Shown here: positions 36,801 through 50,573 of the stretch, one piece after another | Layout of the letters: each line of letters opens with the position of its first letter | Position numbering within the stretch: position 1 is the stretch's first letter | Made by a program: the position numbers and the translations under genes | The notes under the pieces: model-generated | The model's database searches: none | What the model was told of the DNA's origin: nothing | What the model saw: the letters and a program-made list of their open reading frames with translations, nothing else | Assembly (NCBI GenBank): GCA_964276515.1 | Contig: OZ193909.1 | Coordinates: forward strand, 5,270,001-5,334,000 | Origin: Gordius albopunctatus | Lineage: Eukaryota | Direction: 5' to 3' | DNA: 64,000 bases

Positions 36801-39800
36801 TCTAATAATTCGGACTTGTGGCCGAATTATTTGAAAATACCCGAGCCGAATTATTTTAAGGGTCGGGCGACCCCCGTGCAGGGCGCTAATTTATAGTAAT
36901 TATTTATATAGTTATTATTATTAAGCCGGCCCAACCAATTAATCTGACACATCATCGCCTGGTTAAAAAGAAATTGGCAGGCCAAATACACCACGTCGTG
37001 GCCTAGCATCGCCTCGTCTGGCCTCAACGCCCTATATCGCCACAGCAGCAGCTTCTAAACGCAGCTTAGCAGCTCTATCCAACTCCAACTAGTAAGGGCG
37101 GCTGGTAGGATGAAGGGTAAACAAAAATGTCAACGCATTTTGTTATGAATAAAAAACAAGTAATCCAGGAGAATGGGGGGGGGGGCTTGTGCCCTTGAAC
37201 CTTCAAACTTACTTAGATCCTCTTCCAGCTGGGGTCGTTTTTAATTGCGAGTTTTACGAATAGTTAGTTGTTGGCAAGCAATGTCGGTCGGTCTCGCGTC
37301 GAACATTGACTCCACTAACTCAATTAGCCAAGGGGGGAGGAGGAGGAGGATGATAGAAAAAAACGCGAATAACATCTAGTTTAACGAAAAAAGATAATTT
37401 GTTTTGTGTATTTGGCAAGAAGCGCATTTGAATTTCTTGCCCCTTCCCCCGCCGCGCGCTTTAACTACCATATTGCGGGTAATGGTTTTGGAGAACCTAA
37501 GAAGAGACTAGAGCACCAAACTAATTATAATTTTGATAATAAGCTCTAAGATCCCGGACTGTCCAGTTATCCAGTTTTAGCATTCGTCTTTAACGATCCT
37601 TTCGAGGTCTGACTCAATATCTTGCCTGTTAAAATGATCGAGTCATTGATCGGAATGGCCTAAAGCAATTTTCGGGTAAAATAAATTATCGAAAAAGCCG
37701 AAGGGCCAATTTGGAAAAAACAACAATCACAACCTTTGCTTAGACCCTTGAAGCCAACCAATAGGAAATCGGTAAAAAATGATGTAAAACACATTAGGAA
37801 GAGTCGCAAAAGAAATTTACAAGCTGCACGGCAACGTGAGATCCATCTCACTTAAATCTTTGATCCCGATCCTCCTGATCCCCCTCCCCCTTTTCGCTGG
37901 GAAACTTAAAATTCCAAGCATAGTCGTAAAGGGGTAAGGCTTGTGCCCAACAAATAGCTTAGATTAAAATGACTATGGCGGCTGTGCAATGCAAAATAAA
38001 ATAATGCGTTAAAACAATTGATAAATCAGCGTGAGAGCTAGGTCTCTTACTCACCGGCTTAAAATTGAAAAAAATTGGGTTGGGCTGGAAATTACGTTTA
38101 CTTTGCCGTGCAAATTCCCCCCCCCCCATTTTCTTAATATTGATTGTTGACAAAATAAAGACCTAAAAATTGCACTGCATCATATAGCATATCTCGCAAT
38201 CTGAAGAGGCGCAATTTGGAATATAAATTGGGTGAGGGGTCGGTAAAAAATGTACTTAGCAGCAGGACTCTGCTCTCACTACATCTTCTTTTAACATAGT
38301 AGAAATTTTTAAACGATTAATTAAAGTTGTTTTAAGAAAATACAGCTGGGAGGAGGGCTAAGTTGTGAAATATATTAAGGGTTTCACGATGACCTATAAA
38401 AACCTTAGTATAAAAGCTGAGAAAATAGAATCTAAACCGTTGAGACAAATCATGACTAACACGAATTCTGTTGTCATACTATTATAGCATGCAATTACCA
38501 AATGATATGCGGCCAAAACGAAATCTGGGAGTTTGCAATGCTTAAATAGCATTAAATAGCAAAGGGCAAAATAAAAAGATAAAAGAAAGGCTGGATTTTT
38601 ATTTTTAAAAAAAACTTTGTAACAGAACTTGATGCCTATAAGGGGAAGCAAAAGGTTTGGTAATAAAATGTAGGGCGAAGGAAATAATGTTTTTAAATCG
38701 TAATTTCGTCTCAAAAAAGGAGTTTTTGAACTTTTGTTCATCTTTTAAAAGAAAATTATCAGTTTTCAAAAACAAAAACCAAAAAAACGGTTTTAAAAGT
38801 AAACTTGTAACACTCGAATGCCGCCGAATGCAGCAATCCTTATTAGATCCAGCATCTTCTTTGGAGAGAGGTTGCCGAACATAAGCTACAAAACTTCTGT
38901 CCGGTTTTTCCAGGGGGAGAACGGCTAAAGCAACGGGTTTATTGAGGCGCCTAGCTAGGCAGCTTGGGGGAAGGAAGGCGAAGCAAAGTGATTTACCCAT
39001 AGAAAAATGGGCCGCGACTCGCTTAAAATCCAATTTGAGCCCCATTTTTGCCAAGGGTCTAGGCAATAAGCAAGAGACCGGGTCGGTCGAATCAAAATAA
39101 CTGTTGGACATGGGTCAGTTCCGGAATTAATTAATAACGAGACGCGTATATACGACTACCGTGTAGGATTGAATAAGCGAACGAGCGTAGAAAAAAAGCA
39201 AAGTCCGAACGCCGAAATATATTTTAAAGCGGTTAGAAGGAGGATATTTAACATGGGGAATGGAGAGAGAGTGGAAAAAAGTCGATTATGTTATATATCA
39301 CCTTATCCACATATATACAAAATGCTCTCTCTTCTCGCCTATGTTCATATAGTCCGGAGCATGATTGATATTTAACCCAAATACGAGGCTGAAGGGGGGG
39401 GGGACGCGAATGTGTGGCGCTTGTGCTAGCCTCTCGCCAATTTTCCCGGCGCCTGAGCGTTCCCTAGGGGCCCGTCGTATTTGACGCTCTTTAGCTAGCC
39501 GATGATCCATCCATACGCGAAAGCGTGCACAATTGCCAACCCAAATTAACTCTCAAATTCTGGATGGACCCAAAATACGGAAGGAAAAGTGCCCGGTAAG
39601 GAGCGAGCAGAGATGATAGAAATCAAACTCAAAAAATCACGGGATTTTTGTTAGAAACAATTTTGGCGGAAAAAACTCTTGCAACAACCACATTTTTGCA
39701 TGGGAACTAGGATGGACCTCTGAATCCAATTTTTTTTGGAATTTATTAAAATATGGCAAAAATTGCTAAAAATGTTCGTTTTGCCCCCCCCTGTAATTCC

Positions 39801-41435
39801 AATGCTGGCAACAAACGCCCATGACTCCTAGCCAATTCTTTAATAAAAATTGACCACAGGACGGACACCTGTGCCAGATTGTTTTGGGGGAACGTTTTAA
39901 TAACAGAACCTAGAGGTAAACCATATTAGGCCGTAATCGTGCAAGATATTCCACAAATGCTCCAAGACGGAGTTCAAAATGTTTGATTAACTGTAAAAGC
40001 CGCTGTCTTAATCAAGCTAGCTAGAGGAGAAGCTAGAAGCACTCAGAGCGACGTAAGCATTTGGTTACTGTTCAAACAAATATTGTTAACCAACTCAAGC
40101 CTATGCGGCTCAATTAATTTTTGTTCTAATCAAATCCTTGGTCCTAAAATAAGGTTAAAGGTAATGATCGATTGATGATATTTTCAATTAGTCTAGGCCC
40201 CCGATAAGCTTTATGCTGGGCAATAACGATCCAAAAATCTTTTCCCATTTTACGGCACCGGCACGTGGCGCCACCACGCACCTAGCTAATTTATGCGGCC
40301 AACGGGAGGCCGCTTTACGCTAAACAGAGCGATTAACCTAGATATATGTTTGGGAGGGGGTGGGGCGGTAATGGCGTCATTTGCTATCGATGCCAAATTT
40401 ACGAGGTAACTTTTCGGTGAAAACCAGGAGAGATCATTTTTTGAAATTTTAACCATAATTTTAATGCATTTCAAGCAATTTTTGGATTTAGAGGGGGGAA
40501 GCTGCCCCTCCCCTACCGGCTAGGCCCATGGGATGGTGTTTGTCTTGCAGTATATGTTGGTAGAAAAAGCTGGAATGTTATACTTTATTTCGTAGTAAAA
40601 TACTGGAACTGTGCGCTATTTTATATTAAATCTTCATTAACGGACTTTTTTATTAAATCCCAAATGGACTTTTATTTTTTATTTTTTTCAGGTTGGGGAG
40701 GGTGGCGAAATAAGCTTATAATGATTAATAATCAGATAGAGTGTTGTCTCAGCCAGCCACTAATTAAATTCAAAATCAAAAAATCGAAATATCACAGCTG
40801 ATGCGATAAATTTTTTGCATAGTGGTAGTTTTGGTGCCAAATTCTCGACATTATGTTTCACATTTAGCGAGTGCCATCTCCCTCCATAAAATCCAATTTT
40901 TTTAATTTACCAAAATTAAAGTTAAAATTTCGAGAACTATTTCTTCCCGAATCATTGTCAACCCACCCCCCCCCCCTTATCCAATGTGGCTAAGCCGACG
41001 ACATATTATTCAAAAGGTAATAATTAAAAAATTTACCGAAATGATTTATAATTGAAGTTGCCGACAAAGAAAGTTTTCTGGTAAAGTGCACTTTAACTAA
41101 TATTATGGCCAAAGAGAAAAATAACCATTATTATTATTATATTTAAACAGCGTAAGGGATTAGATATTATTAGACGTTTAGATGAATCAAAATCTCGTTG
41201 GAAAAAGGAAATGCAAAGTCAATCTTCCTCTCAAAAATTGTGCTAACGGGTAAAAAGTACAGTTAAAAGGGGGACCAGGCTACACGACAAAGGGGGGGGG
41301 GGTGTACTCAAACGTTTGACGACCTTAGTATGACAAAAGGAGACTTTAAAGGCAAAGTTCGTCACTACCCAGAGAGCATAAAAGGACGGGTGTGCATGGC
41401 CATTGTAAAAATTTTTTAAATAGAATCCATTAGGT

Positions 41436-41605
41436 CATGGGTGGAGCCAGGGGGAAGCAGGGAGAGAGAAGGGCGGCTGCCCCCCTCTAAATCCATAAAT
41501 TCTTTTTATATAATTATGGCTAAAATGTGAAAAAAATTGTCATTTTGCCCCTCCCTAAATCAAAATTGCCCCCCGTCTCTAGTTTCAATCCTGGCTAAGC
41601 CCATC
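41436..41605. mobile_element. hAT-type MITE, CATGGGCGTAGCC family
   Basis: Degenerate TIR CATGGGTGGAGCCAGG / CCTGGCTAAGCCCATC; perfect TSD CATTAGGT. Confidence 0.85.
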
Positions 41606-43879
41606 CATTAGGTCCTTGCTATTCAAAAAAACCAAAAGTTTTATCAATAAAATTCAATGTATAGGGGTGGCAAAAATACTGGGCATTAATAAAAATATAA
41701 TTGGCTTCATTGAAAATGGAGTCTATGGTGGTAGTATAAAAACGGCTGCATTTGTTTGGTTGACCTTTGGTTCAACAAGACTAACGGTCAACTCAGGTTC
41801 GTTTTTCAAATTTTTACTTAGCCGAGTGGTCCACTAAACAAAAATAGACAAAACAAGCCATCTTTACAACACTAATTGGTAGGAACAATAAGAACTTAAT
41901 TTATAGATAAAAAAAACTTCATGTAATTTCCAAAGATGGTAAAAGTATGTTTAAAATACTATAATGGGTTCAATACCAGCGATATAGATTTCATTATAGC
42001 TTAGCTAGTTGTCATAGTTCTAAACTTCCATGCAATGTATTACCTGTGTCATTTATTAGCTCACAAACCAAAATTAATGTAATATCAAAGATGACTATAA
42101 ATAATTAATCTATTATTAGTTTTGACATTAGGTAACAAATGTTTAATTCTAGATGCATATCTATTAAAGATAAGGTTCACTAGCAGGACACATTTCAGTA
42201 ATATAAATGTGCAATGGCATTAGGACTTTATACAAAAAAACACCATTCAATAATGTTATTTTAAATTTGTTATTGTTTAACCCCTCAAATATAAAGTCAT
42301 TAGTGGCAGAATAAAAGGTAAAATAATGGTAAAAATAAATACTGAAGAGATGAAATTAATTGCAAATGTTCATTATAATCATTACAACCCATTTAATTCT
42401 TCATAATCTTAATTATAGCAAGTTAAAAAGAATTTAATAAAATACAAATATGAAGCACTTAATATTATACCATGAAATATACAAATCCACATATTATGAA
42501 TTGTGTCAATTAACACTTTAAAATATAAATAACAATAATCTTTTAACAAAAGTATATAGTTTAAAATGTTAAGTACAATTTATACACTTATTACCAGAAA
42601 ATGGTAAAGCTTTTCCTGCTTTGCTATTCTTGCTCATTGTCTTTTTATTATCGTGAATATGAATATGCAATCCTAAATGAATGATAAATAGCTTTAGTAT
42701 TACAGGAATACTTTTGTGTTATCCTGTTTTGTATCCATCTCCGAAACATTTTAATTAGGTAAATCTTAACGTTAAATAAATGACATTCAAATATTTATAG
42801 GCATTCCATATTTTTTTGATATAATTTTTGTTAATAAGAGTATCCATCTTTCACTACTATTAGATTTTGATGTATAAAAAAATTTTGTGCATGGAACGTG
42901 TAATTAGATAATATGTTTATTGTTAATTTCGATGAGTGAATTCATGTAGGTACACAAATTTGTTTATTTCATTGGTATTATTAGTCTATGGTTTATTTTG
43001 TTTTGGCAACCAAAAAAATGTTTTCAAATATTTAATTTACATTGTGATAAATTAATAATTAAATGTATTTATGTCAAAAAATTTTATTCAAAAATTCACC
43101 GTAAATATAAATTTTTAAAACACAAGTGTCTTAGTCTTTTATGCAACTATAAATACTCTAAATTCATTTTATAATTAATTTATTAATCCAAAGAAAAATT
43201 TTTTTGCATTCACGTGTAACTCGTAATCATTGCATTTTAAAATAAAAGATAAGATTTGGCTTTCTTATAAAGCAAATTTGATTTAAGGCTTTGCATCGTC
43301 TGTTTTAAATTAATGCAAAATTAAGTTAAATCGTGTGCATTTTTCATATATATACTATGTTTAGGTAATTTTGACATGCATGTTGTAATATTTTTATATC
43401 GCATGAAATTACAAGTAGAATGCATTTTACCAATATTTTTTATTTGTATTATTTTGTAAGACAATATTATAAATTTAATTAATTTATATAAATCGACGAG
43501 CGAGAAACACAGAGTCTTTATTCAATTGTTATATATATATTTAAGAATATAATTTAGGAATTAGTATCAAACCATAATTTCACCACAGCCACGTGCTTTT
43601 CCGCTAATCCATTCGTACTCGGATGATACGGAGGGGTAAGTAAATGCCGTATTCCCCATTTACTGCAAAACACAACCTCGGCGGAGATTATACCTATACT
43701 CGATGGAGATTATACCCATTCTAGGATGGTAATGAGTCGAGGTGATTGGATCCTTGAATAAATGGTTTGGCTTCTATAGGAAAATCAGTTGTAGCAAACC
43801 TTGGTAAATGGTTGAAAAACATTTCTACGGAGCAGGTAGGAACCCCTTAAGGATGCCATCTATGGCTTGGGCTCTAAAG

Positions 43880-46800
43880 TCTAACTCTCGCGGTTCTGAA
43901 ATAGACGGACTATCGGTAACAGCAGAGTCGGCGGATCAACCGACATGTTCTACCGACAATCCTAATCTTATCAGTGGTGACCATGCAGTCCGGTCCCTGA
44001 ATAGTTGGTCAAGAAGTCTACAACTGATGATGGTAAATTTCAAGGCTATCTTGGTAGACGAGCTTGGATGCCTAAGGACATACGAATACGATATTTTACT
44101 TAAGTCAGGTGCTATACCAAGGTTTTGGCCAGCGCGGAGAATAACATTTGTTTGGCGGGAGAAGTGGAAGCCATCTTGCTACAATGGGTAGAACAAGGGA
44201 TAATCGAGCCAGTGAAATATAGCAATGGGATACGCCTAGAGCACTGCAAAATGAAATTTTTTCTGCCCGGCCCGAGCCCGACGTCTCATTTTTTATTTTG
44301 CCCAAGCCCGGCCCGAGCCCGAACGACTTTTTCATTTTTGGCCCGACCAGAGCCCGATTTTTAAAATAAAAAATTTCCAAACATTCATTTTAAAATTTTT
44401 GAAAATTATTTTACCATCCATATAAATACATAATGCAATAAATTGCTATTAATCTTATTTTACAACTAGGATAAGATTCAAAAAAAATTCCATTTTCACT
44501 CGCTATAATTTATTCAGCTAATAATTTAAAACTGGAAATCTAACTTTATAAAAAACCTTTTAAAATATTTCCTTAATTTGTTTCTTAAGTAACAGCTACT
44601 TTGAATATATTTTAACACTAGAATAAGATTTACAAGTTAGGTCAAAATATTATAATAGACAGGGGAAAAAAGCTTAAGCTTGGAAGCTATATTAGGTATG
44701 GTGTACGAGGTACCCGTTAAAAAGCCTATAGTAGAAATAAAGTATCCCTTACCCAGAATCGAGGAAATCTTCGCAAACCTTAGCTAAATATTTTAGTAAA
44801 TTAGATTTTGCTAACGCTTACCTCCAGATTATTGTTCATCGAAGTTGATCACGATCAAAAGGTTTGTTCGCGTTTAAAAGACTATCTTTCGGTTTCGGCC
44901 TAAGTGCCCCCGTGTTTCAGAAGACCATGGCGTCGGTATTTTAAGCTCTTTCTGGTGTGTTTTGCTACTTAGATGACGTTCTTGTAGTGGGAGCTACAAT
45001 GGAGGAGCACGATATTAACCTGTTGGTAGTTTTGGAATGAATCCAAAAACGAGGATTACGTGTTAAACGTAGCAAAGGCGCCATAGGTGTGACAGAACTA
45101 AAGTTGGGTAATCAATTGGGTAATGGAGTCGTTAGTCCCTTACAAAGTAAAGTGGATGCGATCCTAAAAATGCGATCACCTCAAACAAGAAAGATATGCT
45201 ATCCTTTCTTGGGTCGGTGAATTACTACAACAAGTATATGCCAAATCTCGCGGAGATAGCGGCACCTTTATACTTGTTGAATACGGACAAAGTAAGATTT
45301 GTATGGCGGACCAAGGAGCATGAAGCTTTCAATACGGTAAAAAAGATTTTAACGGAAGGACCTGTTCTGATATGCTTTTGCTTTGTGCCCGATCTACCAT
45401 AAGCGGTAGCAGTATGCGTCACACCTACGTGTAGGCGGTGTGCTATTGCATGTAAACGCCCAATTCTATAATTATCACGAAAATTTCCAAAGCAGAGCTT
45501 AATTACTCAGTGATTGAAAAGGAGGCTTTGGCGGTGATAGATCGTTCGACCCGTTGCCGTGAATATTTAATTGGTCGAAGTTTCCATGTTTCAACCCACA
45601 AACCGCTAATATCACATTTTGCAAAGGACAACCGGAATCTATTGTTAAGCCCGAGGGTGCAAAAATGGTTATTAGCGCTGGGAAGCTTCTACGCAACTTT
45701 AAAATACCGCAAAGGTATGTCAAATCACCTGCCGGACACATTATCAAGGTTGGGAAAGAATAATAGTGGCCTAACATACGAAGAGTTAGAAGGCGAGAAC
45801 TTCGCAGAAGTAAACATAATAACACAAAATTGCGGAGGTGTCGATCTTGCAAAATTAGTCCAAGAGAATTCATACTTAATTTTGATGCTAAATTACTTGA
45901 TGGGAAAAAGTACTCTAGAGACGTACCATCCATCTACATATATAAGCTTGATACATGAATTGGAAGTCAACAACAACGTGTTACTATGCAACTAAAACAT
46001 AGTAATTCCGTCAGTGTTGCGTGCGACCTCACGTACTCGAATTGCTTCATGCAGGTCATACGAGCATAGCCAAGATGAAAGGTCTAGCGAAAAGACACAT
46101 GGTGGCCCAAGATATCACGAGATATTACCATGTTCGTAGGACAATGGGGGTGCGGAAAACTTGTCAGGAAGCTAAGACACGACCAGAAGGCGGGATGGCC
46201 GCCAACGAAACAAGTTGGAAAGAATACACCTTGATTTCTTTAATTTGAAGGAAGAAGATATATTATCCTTGTAGATGCGCATTCCAGTTGGGTAGAATTT
46301 ATGGACTCCCGATGACTATTGTATCCGACAACGGCACCGCTTTTGCCAGCGTTGAGTTTAAAGGGTTTTGTATTAAATGCGGAATACGGCATTTACTTAC
46401 CCCTTCGTATCATCCGATTACGAATGGACTCGCGGAAAGGCACATTGCTGGGGTAAAACGATGGTTGAAAAACGCTAAGGTCGAAAAAGACAGGACATGC
46501 CTTTGTCGGCTATACCATAACGTCGCACCAAGGTTCCCTTCTCGAAAACAGGTTAGCGATGTATTTCTTGACCATTTACCACACACGCCTGTAGATACGA
46601 TGTTACAATCAGCACAATTACACACCACATCACAAAGCGAAACTAAATTTAAATCGGTGATGTTTTATGGGCGCTTAATTATATTGGGAAGGAGAAATGG
46701 CTAGAGACAACAATCCTATCTCAGAAGGGTACACAAATGTACGAGATAGATGTGCTAGCTTCTCCGGGTCGGCACGTGCGTAACGTTGAACAATTAGGAT

Positions 46801-47520
46801 CTAGATTGGTATAATAATCTTTTTAGATTTTTATCTAGATGGAATACATAACCGAGTAGGTAGTCGTTGGGGTACGCTTGAGGGCAATAGGACGCGAACG
46901 AAGGGGAAGGCCTAAACCGGTCGTGTTTGAGGTCCGAGAAAGAAGACCGATGGAACCCTAGGTGATAGTTCGCCACGGACATACACTCTCACATCAAAAA
47001 GCGGCGGGTAGATAGGTACGTCGTGATGCGGCTAGGCCTAATACGGGTAGGCATAGCAACGCGGTATCGGGACACACTGGTGGCCTACCCCGGGGTACAG
47101 CTGGACTATTTGACCCGGATCAACCGAAAGGTGCCCCCACGTGCAGCTCAAACGACGATGACGCAACGCCCCCAGGATCGCCCGGGACGTTCCGAGGCGA
47201 TAAGGGAAGAGAGAGCAAGGGCGTCACACCATTCGCAAGCGGGACGTCAGGCGAGAATAAGGCAGACCAGAGCCTTCTGTCGAGAATGTTGCCGTTGGCA
47301 CCGAATCCCAATGTGTGGGCAAACGATCCCGTCCAGGCCAGCAAGGCAGAACAGGACAGTAGCGCCCTTAGCGTCGGCATTGGAGCTGGTTACTGTGGAC
47401 ACTAATCATATCGTAGTCAGCCCTGAGGAAGAAATGCATTGATTAGAGAATACTCCAGGACGAGACAGCACGGACCGGCGAATCCTCAGTTTGAAAGGAT
47501 GAAGTTTGCGGATCCGTGAC
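43880..47520 (+). mobile_element. Heavily decayed Ty3/gypsy (Mag-like) element, interrupted by a hAT MITE fragment starting at 44237
   Basis: QGIIEPVKYS, YPLPRIEEIFANL, FSKLDFANAYLQ, CYLDDVLV (~44963), SFLGSVNYY, YSVIEKEALAV, LLHAGH, IVSDNGTAF...PSYHPITNGLAER; many frameshifts; boundaries approximate. Confidence 0.88.
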
Positions 47521-47603
47521 CAGTAGGGAACCCCAAAATATTAATTAATTAGTTTTGATTGTATATATGTATTTTTCGTGTATTGTAACAGATTAATATA
47601 TAT

Positions 47604-48343
47604 TAGTGCTGTAAATGAACGCGTTCAAACGGCGTTCTTTTATTTTTTGGTGAACTTTGAACGTGAAAGCGTTCAAATTTAACCTTCGTTCAATTTTAAA
47701 AACCCTTTTTTATTTTTATTTATTTGGAAATTAATGTTAATCCGAATTTTTAACAAAAAAGTCTTATATTTTTTAATCAGCTGTTTTTCCTATTTCCTTA
47801 GTATTATTGGAAAAAATGGATTGAAACCACTAGAATTGATAATGAAAGAGCTGTCAATTCCGAGATATCATTTTTTGATGAGGAAGTAGAGGGCGGATTG
47901 GAGGATGATATCTTGTCACAATTTTTTGAAGTGAGGGACAAAACATTAATTGCTTTTAATAAATTTCCTCTTTTAAAAATTTTGTTTATTAAGTATAATA
48001 CTCCAATCCTCTCACCTGCCCCTGTGGAGCGGGTTTTTAGTATAGCTAATGCTGTATTAACTCCTGCTTATCAGACGACCATTTTGAAAAACAATTATTA
48101 TTAAAAATCAATAAGAAAATAGATTTTATTGATTTATAATTATATTGTCGAAATAAACTATTATTTTTTACCATGGCTATTTATTGTATTAAAAAATATA
48201 AGACATTTATTTATATTAAATTAAATTTTAAAAAAATTTATCAAAAAATTTTGAACGAACGTGAACACGTGAACGCATTCCTTTTTTTTAAACGAACGTG
48301 AACGTGAACGCGTTCGATTTTTTTACAAATGTTTACAGCACTA
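47604..48343 (+). mobile_element. Non-autonomous hAT element
   Basis: TIR TAGTGCTGTAAA / TTTACAGCACTA; TSD ATATATAT; dimerization remnant FPLLKILFIKYNTPILSPAPVERVFS; TGAACG subterminal repeats. Confidence 0.92.
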
Positions 48344-49480
48344 ATATATATTCATTGACATTAAAATGATATTTTCAATTCATTCATTGTAAACCATACG
48401 TTATATTTCAACAAATAAAACTCAATCATCTCATAGAATCTAATACTCCTTTCCTAAAATATAATACTAGGATAATAACCCCTCATCTACGATATACCTA
48501 TCCCTCAATATATAATAGTTAAGCTTATACAATGTCTTAATACAAAAGTCCCACCTTCGAAGGACCTGATTTTTCAATACCGTCCTAATATCCTTTCAAT
48601 CTGAATACAGCTAGTCAATCCAATACGCATTAGCTAGTTCAGCTATAACATCGGTTTTCAACAAACTGTGCAGCGGCCATAACTTTATAAATTTTGAGTA
48701 TAGGCACATATATGAGAAATATATATGTGTTTAACGAAACAATAAACGCGATGATGAGTTGTCATTTAATGTCCGCCGTGGTGCCCATTTTGTCGGGAAA
48801 TATCGGGTATTCGATAAAAAGACACTGGGATCTTGAAGTGCTGGTGCGATCGACTATATGTCGTTTTCTCGATGAATTCTACTGGTCGGCGGCGAGTTAT
48901 GAAACAAATAAGATAGTAATACTTAAATTAATACATATAAAAACTGACTGTACAGAACAGTGTTGTGTGTAATTTTGTGTAGATTGGGATAAATCCTGGA
49001 TGAAATCTGCCTGTAAAGGGGCGCAGGATGTTCGAGCCTCGATATAATTTTGAAGAGTTTAGCATGGGGGATTTTTTGTTGGAGTTTCTAAAAGTATTGC
49101 GTGTAGGTCCAGTAATATGCGAATGGATAATTTTCACTGCTATATCACTCAAAATGGTGATTGTGATGTCTGCCCGTGTGGCAAGCAAATCTGCATGTTG
49201 CACAATAGTTTTATATGGATATTTGGTCAGTTATTGGCGTCGCATTTGGTTTTATGAAGGTAATCCCCGAGTAATTATAGTAGGCGATGCTGCATCAACA
49301 CGCCGAATTCCCTTTTTACTTATATGTAAGGGAATTGGGCCCATGTCGGCATCGATGAGTTGTCGAGCACTTGCCACTTATTAGAACATCAAAATGCCTG
49401 TTCCATTTTTGATCGAGGAGCCAGCAGCTGGCGGGGTCTGTATAATTCAGGGGTTAGTAACTAGGAAGGAGGCCTAGGAG

Positions 49481-50156
49481 TAGAGGCCTGCACGGGTCAC
49501 CCGAACCCGACCCGAGGTGGGGTCGGGTCGGCTTATGGTTAAAAATTTTCGGGTCGGGTTCGGGTTGAAAATTTTAGAATGTATTCGGGTCGGGTCGGGT
49601 TGGATTTATAGAGTCAGGTCAAAGGATATGAATCTTACATTACAAAATGAACGAAACATATTTGTTAAATTAATGCTATTATCTATAATTTTAGTTATAC
49701 AATATCGAATTGTATAACTAATTATATTCATTCATTCGTAGAATCAATCTCCTTTTCGATTTTTTAACTCGTTTAATTTGGAGGCAAATTTAAATTTAAA
49801 GCTGAATCACGAAAGGTAAAATATTAACAAATGATTATTTATTATTGTTTATAGTCATGTAAATATCCGACATTGTCCAAATTGGCTCGTAAATTTTTGG
49901 CCATACCCGCTTCTTCTACCAGTAGTGAGAGGTCCTTTTCCACTGCTGGGAGAATTCTAGAAGAAAGGAGATCTAATTTACGCCCCGAAATTGTAGACGC
50001 CATTCAATTTAATAAATTTATTAATCAAATTTTGTATGATCATTTCTGTCGAATAAATTTTTCATCCTCAAATTTTTCTACTTGTTCGAGTCCGGGTTGA
50101 ACGCTTTCGGGTCGGGTCGGGTTCGGGTTGAAAAAAAGTGAATTTGCAGGCCTTTA
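49481..50156 (+). mobile_element. Non-autonomous hAT element
   Basis: TIR TAGAGGCCTGCA / TGCAGGCCTTTA; perfect TSD CCTAGGAG; dimerization remnant LARKFLAIPASSTSSERSFSTAG; CGGGT repeats. Confidence 0.93.
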
Positions 50157-50573
50157 CCTAGGAGAGACACTTGATAAGGGTCATGTAACATTGTCCTGAG
50201 TATAAATACCCAGAGCCCAGGATCACCACTATCTGGTCTTTGAGAATGCCTGAAAATTTTAAAACCCTCCCACACGTATCACGCTTAAAGGGGGCGGTAA
50301 TGCAAGGGCGTAGCTAAGATTTGATTTAGAGAAGGTAAAGATTCACTTGAGATATACGAAATTAATTAATTAAACTTTTGAATTTTGGTTTCAATAAGAG
50401 TACTTAGTTTTGAGTCGTCATATAATTCCTTAAAAAATCTTCCTAATATTTATATCCACCATCCAACCTATTAAATCGCCACTAGGAAGCTATTTCCCAC
50501 TTTGAAACTCACAGGCCTATAGTTTAATTGTCAGACGAGACGCATATAGATACGAAAAAAAGCGTTGTGCAAT

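Noticed and set aside
38394..39111. Overlapping 115-168 aa ORFs
   Set aside because: No recognisable motif, composition reflects A/T runs, and no supported splice structure
47023..47442. GC-rich 139-aa ORF after the gypsy integrase, considered as env or an extra ORF
   Set aside because: No signal peptide, transmembrane segment or motif; more likely an off-frame read of the decayed pol tail
48700..50300. Possible very old gypsy integrase remnant (CDVC, GNPRVIIVGD, PPT-like TTAAAGGGGGCGG at ~50285)
   Set aside because: Motifs too degenerate to call without a profile search
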